This document shows positions 60,499 through 64,000 of a DNA stretch of 64,000 nt, one piece after another (position 1 is the stretch's first letter; each line of letters opens with the position of its first letter). The stretch comes from Macrostomum hystrix (lineage: Eukaryota > Animalia > Platyhelminthes): positions 1,984,001-2,048,000 of the forward strand of contig CATNEN010000030.1 in the NCBI GenBank assembly GCA_950097015.1, read 5' to 3'. The position numbers and the translations under genes are program-made. The notes under the pieces were generated by a model. The model saw only the letters and a list, made by a program, of their open reading frames with translations. It did not search any database and was not told the DNA's origin.

Positions 60499-63454
60499 CT
60501 AGTGCAGGTGGTCGGTCTCGGCGTTAACTAGATCTTCAATGTCGCGCGCATCTCGCGAATTCAACGACACGCAACGGCCGCATCGACGAGAGGCATCGGC
60601 GCCTAGAGCGGCAGCAGCACCAGCCGCCTCGGGACAGGCCGCAGCTGCGGCGGTCTCAGCCTCCTCGGAGAACACGTAGCGATAGTCGGGCGAGTCGCGG
60701 AAGTGATAAGCCTCCTGCTCGTGGCGCAGCACCCTGGCCAGTAGGAGCCGCTCGCCGTAGGCCACAGCGTCCATGCGGTCGGCGCAGAGGCCAACGGAGA
60801 GCAGCCAGTCAACCAGGGCTTTGCCACTGAACTCGCCGCACTGGTGATTAGCGCCGAATTTTTCAGCACTGATGGACCGGCTGTGAAAGCGACAGGGTGG
60901 AGGTGAGAACTACTTAGGATAGTGGGGATGGGGATCAGCATGGGGATCTGGGAGGATAATGGGCTACTCAGCATGGGGATCTGGGAGGATAATGGGCTAC
61001 TCAGCATGGGGATCTGGGAGGATAATGGGCTACTCAGCATGGGGATCTGGGAGGATAATGGGCTACTCAGCATGGAGATCTGGGAGGATAATGGGCTACT
61101 CAGCATGGGGATCTGGGAGGATAATGGGCTACTCAGCATGGGGATCTGGGAGGATAATGGGCTACTCAGCATGGGGATCTGGGAGGATAATGGGCTACTC
61201 AGCATGGGGATCTGGGAGGATAATGGGCTACTCAGCATGGGGATCTGGGAGGATAATGGGCTACTCAGCATGGGGATCTGGGAGGATAATGGGCTACTCA
61301 GCATGGGGATCTGGGAGGATAATGGGCTACTCAGCATGGGGATCTGGGAGGATAATGGGCTACTCAGCATGGGGATCTGGGAGGATAATGGGCGACTCCT
61401 CACGTTGATCTAAAAAGACAATGAGCGACTCATAATGAGGATCTTAAGGGATAATGAGACTCCGAATGAGGATCTAGAAGGATAATGAGACTCCGAATGA
61501 GGATCTAGAAGGATAATGAGACTCCGAATGAGGATCTAGAAGGATAATGAGACTCCGAATGAGGATCTAGAAGGATAACGAGACTCCGAATGAGGATCTA
61601 GAAGGATAACGTGACTCCGAATGAGGATCTAGAAGGATAACGAGACTCCGAATGAGGATCTAGAAGGATAACGAGACTCCGAATGAGGATCTAGAAGGAT
61701 AACGAGACTCCGAATGAGGATCTAGAAGGATAACGAGACTCCGAATGAGGATCTAGAAGGATAACGAGACTCCGAATGAGGATCTAGAAGGATAACGAGA
61801 CTCCGAATGAGGATCTAGAAGGATAACGAGCGACTCGGACAAAGAATATTACTTTCAAATTCGATTATGAACTGATTAAAGATGAAACTCAATGAGGGAT
61901 GGTCCGCATGAGAATCTCCATAGAAACATTTAGGATTTAAGAAAACTAACCGTCTAGAAAATCGCATCGAGTGCAAACAATGGTCCATGTGATGCATAAG
62001 GAAGTTATCCCTAGTCCCGATGACGTGCTGGTCCAGATGCGTCTCCGGCGGCAAATGTATGCGGTCCTCGTTAAACATTAGCTTGCGAATGCTGAAAGTG
62101 TAGAATTATGCTTTTGCTTTAGAGCATTGCTGCGATTCTATTGAGCCATCTTGCTGTGATTCTACTGAGCCATCTTGTTGTGATTCTATTGGGCCTTCTT
62201 GCTGCGATTCTATTGAGCCATCTTGTTGCGATTCTATTGAGCCATCTTGCTGCGATTCTATTGAGCCATCTTGCTGCGATTCTATTGAGCCAACTTGCTG
62301 CGATTCTATTGAGCCATCTTGCTGCGATTCTATTGAGCCATCTTGCTGCGATTCTATTGAGCCATCTTGTTGCGATTCTATTGAGCCATCTTGCTGCGAT
62401 TCTATTGAGCCATCTTGTTGCGATTCTATTGAGCCATCTTGTTGTGATTCTATTGGGCCTTCTTGCTGCGATTCTATTGAGCCATCTTGCTGCGATTCTA
62501 TTGAGCTAACTTGCTGCGATTCTATTGAGCCATCTTGCTGCGATTCTATTGAGCCAACTTGCTGCGATTCTATTGAGCCATCTTGCTGCGATTCTATTGA
62601 GCCATCTTGCTGCGATTCTATTGAGCCATCTTGCTGCGATTCTATTGAGCCATCTTGCTGCGATTCTATTGAGCCATCTTGCTGCGATTCTATTGAGCCA
62701 TCTTGCTGCGATTCTATTGAGCCTTCTTGCTGCGATTCTATTGAGCCATCTTGCTGCGATTCTATTGAGCCTTCTTGTTGCGATTCTATTGAGCCTTCTT
62801 GCTACGATTCTTACGATCTTCTTGCTGCGATTCTTACGATCTTCTTGCTGCGATTTTAACAAACCTTTTGGATCTGAGAGCCTCTAACTGCAGTTTCACC
62901 GTTTTGTTCAATCGGATAAAATACATTTGTACAACAAAGCCAGATTAAGTCTCACCGTCTACACACGCGGTCAAACCAGTCAGTCACTAGCGGCAGTATG
63001 GTGTAGTCCCAGCCAAGCAGGCACAGCACGAACACGCCCTGGCCATAGTTGAACACGGAGTCCAGGAATTCCAATTCAATGTAGACTCCGCTAACGTCCT
63101 CGTTGACAATGCGCCAAATGAGCAGGAATAGGCCAATCAGCATGCTCAGGGTGAACAACAGAAGCATCAGCTGGTACCTGGGAGAAGGTGGTATTGCGGA
63201 TACGCATATCGTGTGAAGTAAAGTACAAACATTCCATTAGAGCCAATCAAGCATCACCTGGCAGTCATGAATTCCTCGTCGGGCACGACGACTTCCTCTC
63301 GCCGAAGTCTTGGACTCCTACGCCGATAATCTATTAATCTGCGGGCACATCTGGCCCGCTCCTCAGCCGACTGGCAGCCGACAGCGCGGGAGCACATTCG
63401 GCGCGACACATAGGCTCTGTGCTGCTGCTGCTGCTGCTGGAACTCGCCGTCCTC
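60499..63454 (-). CDS. GPR155: GPR155/LYCHOS homologue, 3' exons (last TM helices plus DEP domain); 5' part off the right edge
   Basis: Exons 63454-63258, 63177-62956 (SGVYIELEFLDSVFNYGQG), 62091-61951, 60880-60499 (FSGKALVDWLLSVGLCADRMDAVAYGERLLLARVLRH...FRD, DEP). All phases are consistent and there are no frameshifts. Confidence 0.9.
60925..61395. repeat. 33-bp minisatellite (CAGCATGGGGATCTGGGAGGATAATGGGCTACT)n
   Basis: GPR155 last intron. Confidence 0.95.
61425..61830. repeat. 31-bp minisatellite (GAGGATCTAGAAGGATAACGAGACTCCGAAT)n
   Basis: Second array in the same GPR155 intron, sharing GGAT/GGATAA words with the 33-mer. Confidence 0.95.
62128..62852. repeat. 24-bp minisatellite (GCTGCGATTCTATTGAGCCATCTT)n
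   Basis: GPR155 intron 62955-62092. Confidence 0.95.
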
Positions 63455-63737
63455 CTGTAGATTAGACGAAAATAATAATGTGGACGGACTAAAGCAATTT
63501 ATGTGCTACATTTTCAGTTGGCACATCTCAGTTTCCAAAGTTATGGGATTTTATAGAAGCTAGAATCTCCTATGGCACACGGATATAATCAAGGAGTTAG
63601 TGCAGGTTAAATCAGCAGAGCGCAGCCTTTTATCTATAAAGCTCAGATTAACCTCACAAAAAGACAAAATTTACAACGGAAAATCCTCTGAAGTGAAATA
63701 TGAAAAAAAGAAAAAGTTACTGCATTTCTAGTTGATG

Positions 63738-64000
63738 GAGGCCTCCATTCCATTTACATAATGCAAGTGTTTGGCCAATCGATAAAACATCAAAGTGAAT
63801 GCCTCCATTCAATTTAGATAATGCAAGTGTTTGGCCAATCGATAAAACATCAAAGTGAATGTCTCCATTCCATTTACATAATGCAAGTGTTTGGCCAATC
63901 GATAAAACATCAAAGTGAATGTCTCCATTCCATTTACATCATGCAAGTGTTTGGCCAATCGATAAAACATCAAAGTGAATGCCTCCATTTCATTTACATA
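63738..64000. repeat. 60-bp minisatellite, runs off the window
   Basis: GCCTCCATTCCATTTACATAATGCAAGTGTTTGGCCAATCGATAAAACATCAAAGTGAAT, more than 4 copies. Confidence 0.9.

Noticed and set aside
59272-62887. Pro/Ser-rich, SMGIWEDNGLL and AILLSHLA repeat ORFs
   Set aside because: Arrays inside GPR155 introns or its 3' region; the real exons are accounted for.

Overview
Eukaryotic (metazoan) genomic DNA with spliceosomal introns, TTAGGG repeats, GC-rich coding exons and very abundant minisatellites. The overall style suggests a Macrostomum-like flatworm (inference, not verified). Six protein-coding loci can be reconstructed by hand: (1) an MFS transporter (minus strand, at least 15 coding exons, runs off the left edge); (2) TFG with an intronless CDS; (3) a KDM5/lid histone demethylase; (4) a multi-C2H2 zinc-finger gene; (5) a still life/Tiam Rac-GEF (EVH1-PH-CC/Ex-PDZ-DH-PH); and (6) the 3' part of GPR155/LYCHOS. 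There is one tRNA-Gly(TCC), two tRNA-derived SINE families, several MITEs (hAT-like, Mutator/Foldback-like, CACTA-like) and about 28 unrelated minisatellite arrays, most filling introns almost one per intron. Nearly all long ORFs in the supplied track that lie over these arrays are artefacts. Most notable: the zinc-finger ORF starts in frame directly at a splice acceptor with no ATG, consistent with an AUG donated by a flatworm spliced leader and a possible KDM5-ZnF operon; KDM5 has cleanly lost PHD2 and PHD3; about 11 single-base frameshifts (10 of them +1) cluster in 26-40.6 kb, most likely long-read errors; a 42-bp intronic array shows a coding-like substitution pattern; and two SINE insertions have GGGTT at the target junction, one beside a telomere-like tract. 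All coordinates were read manually.
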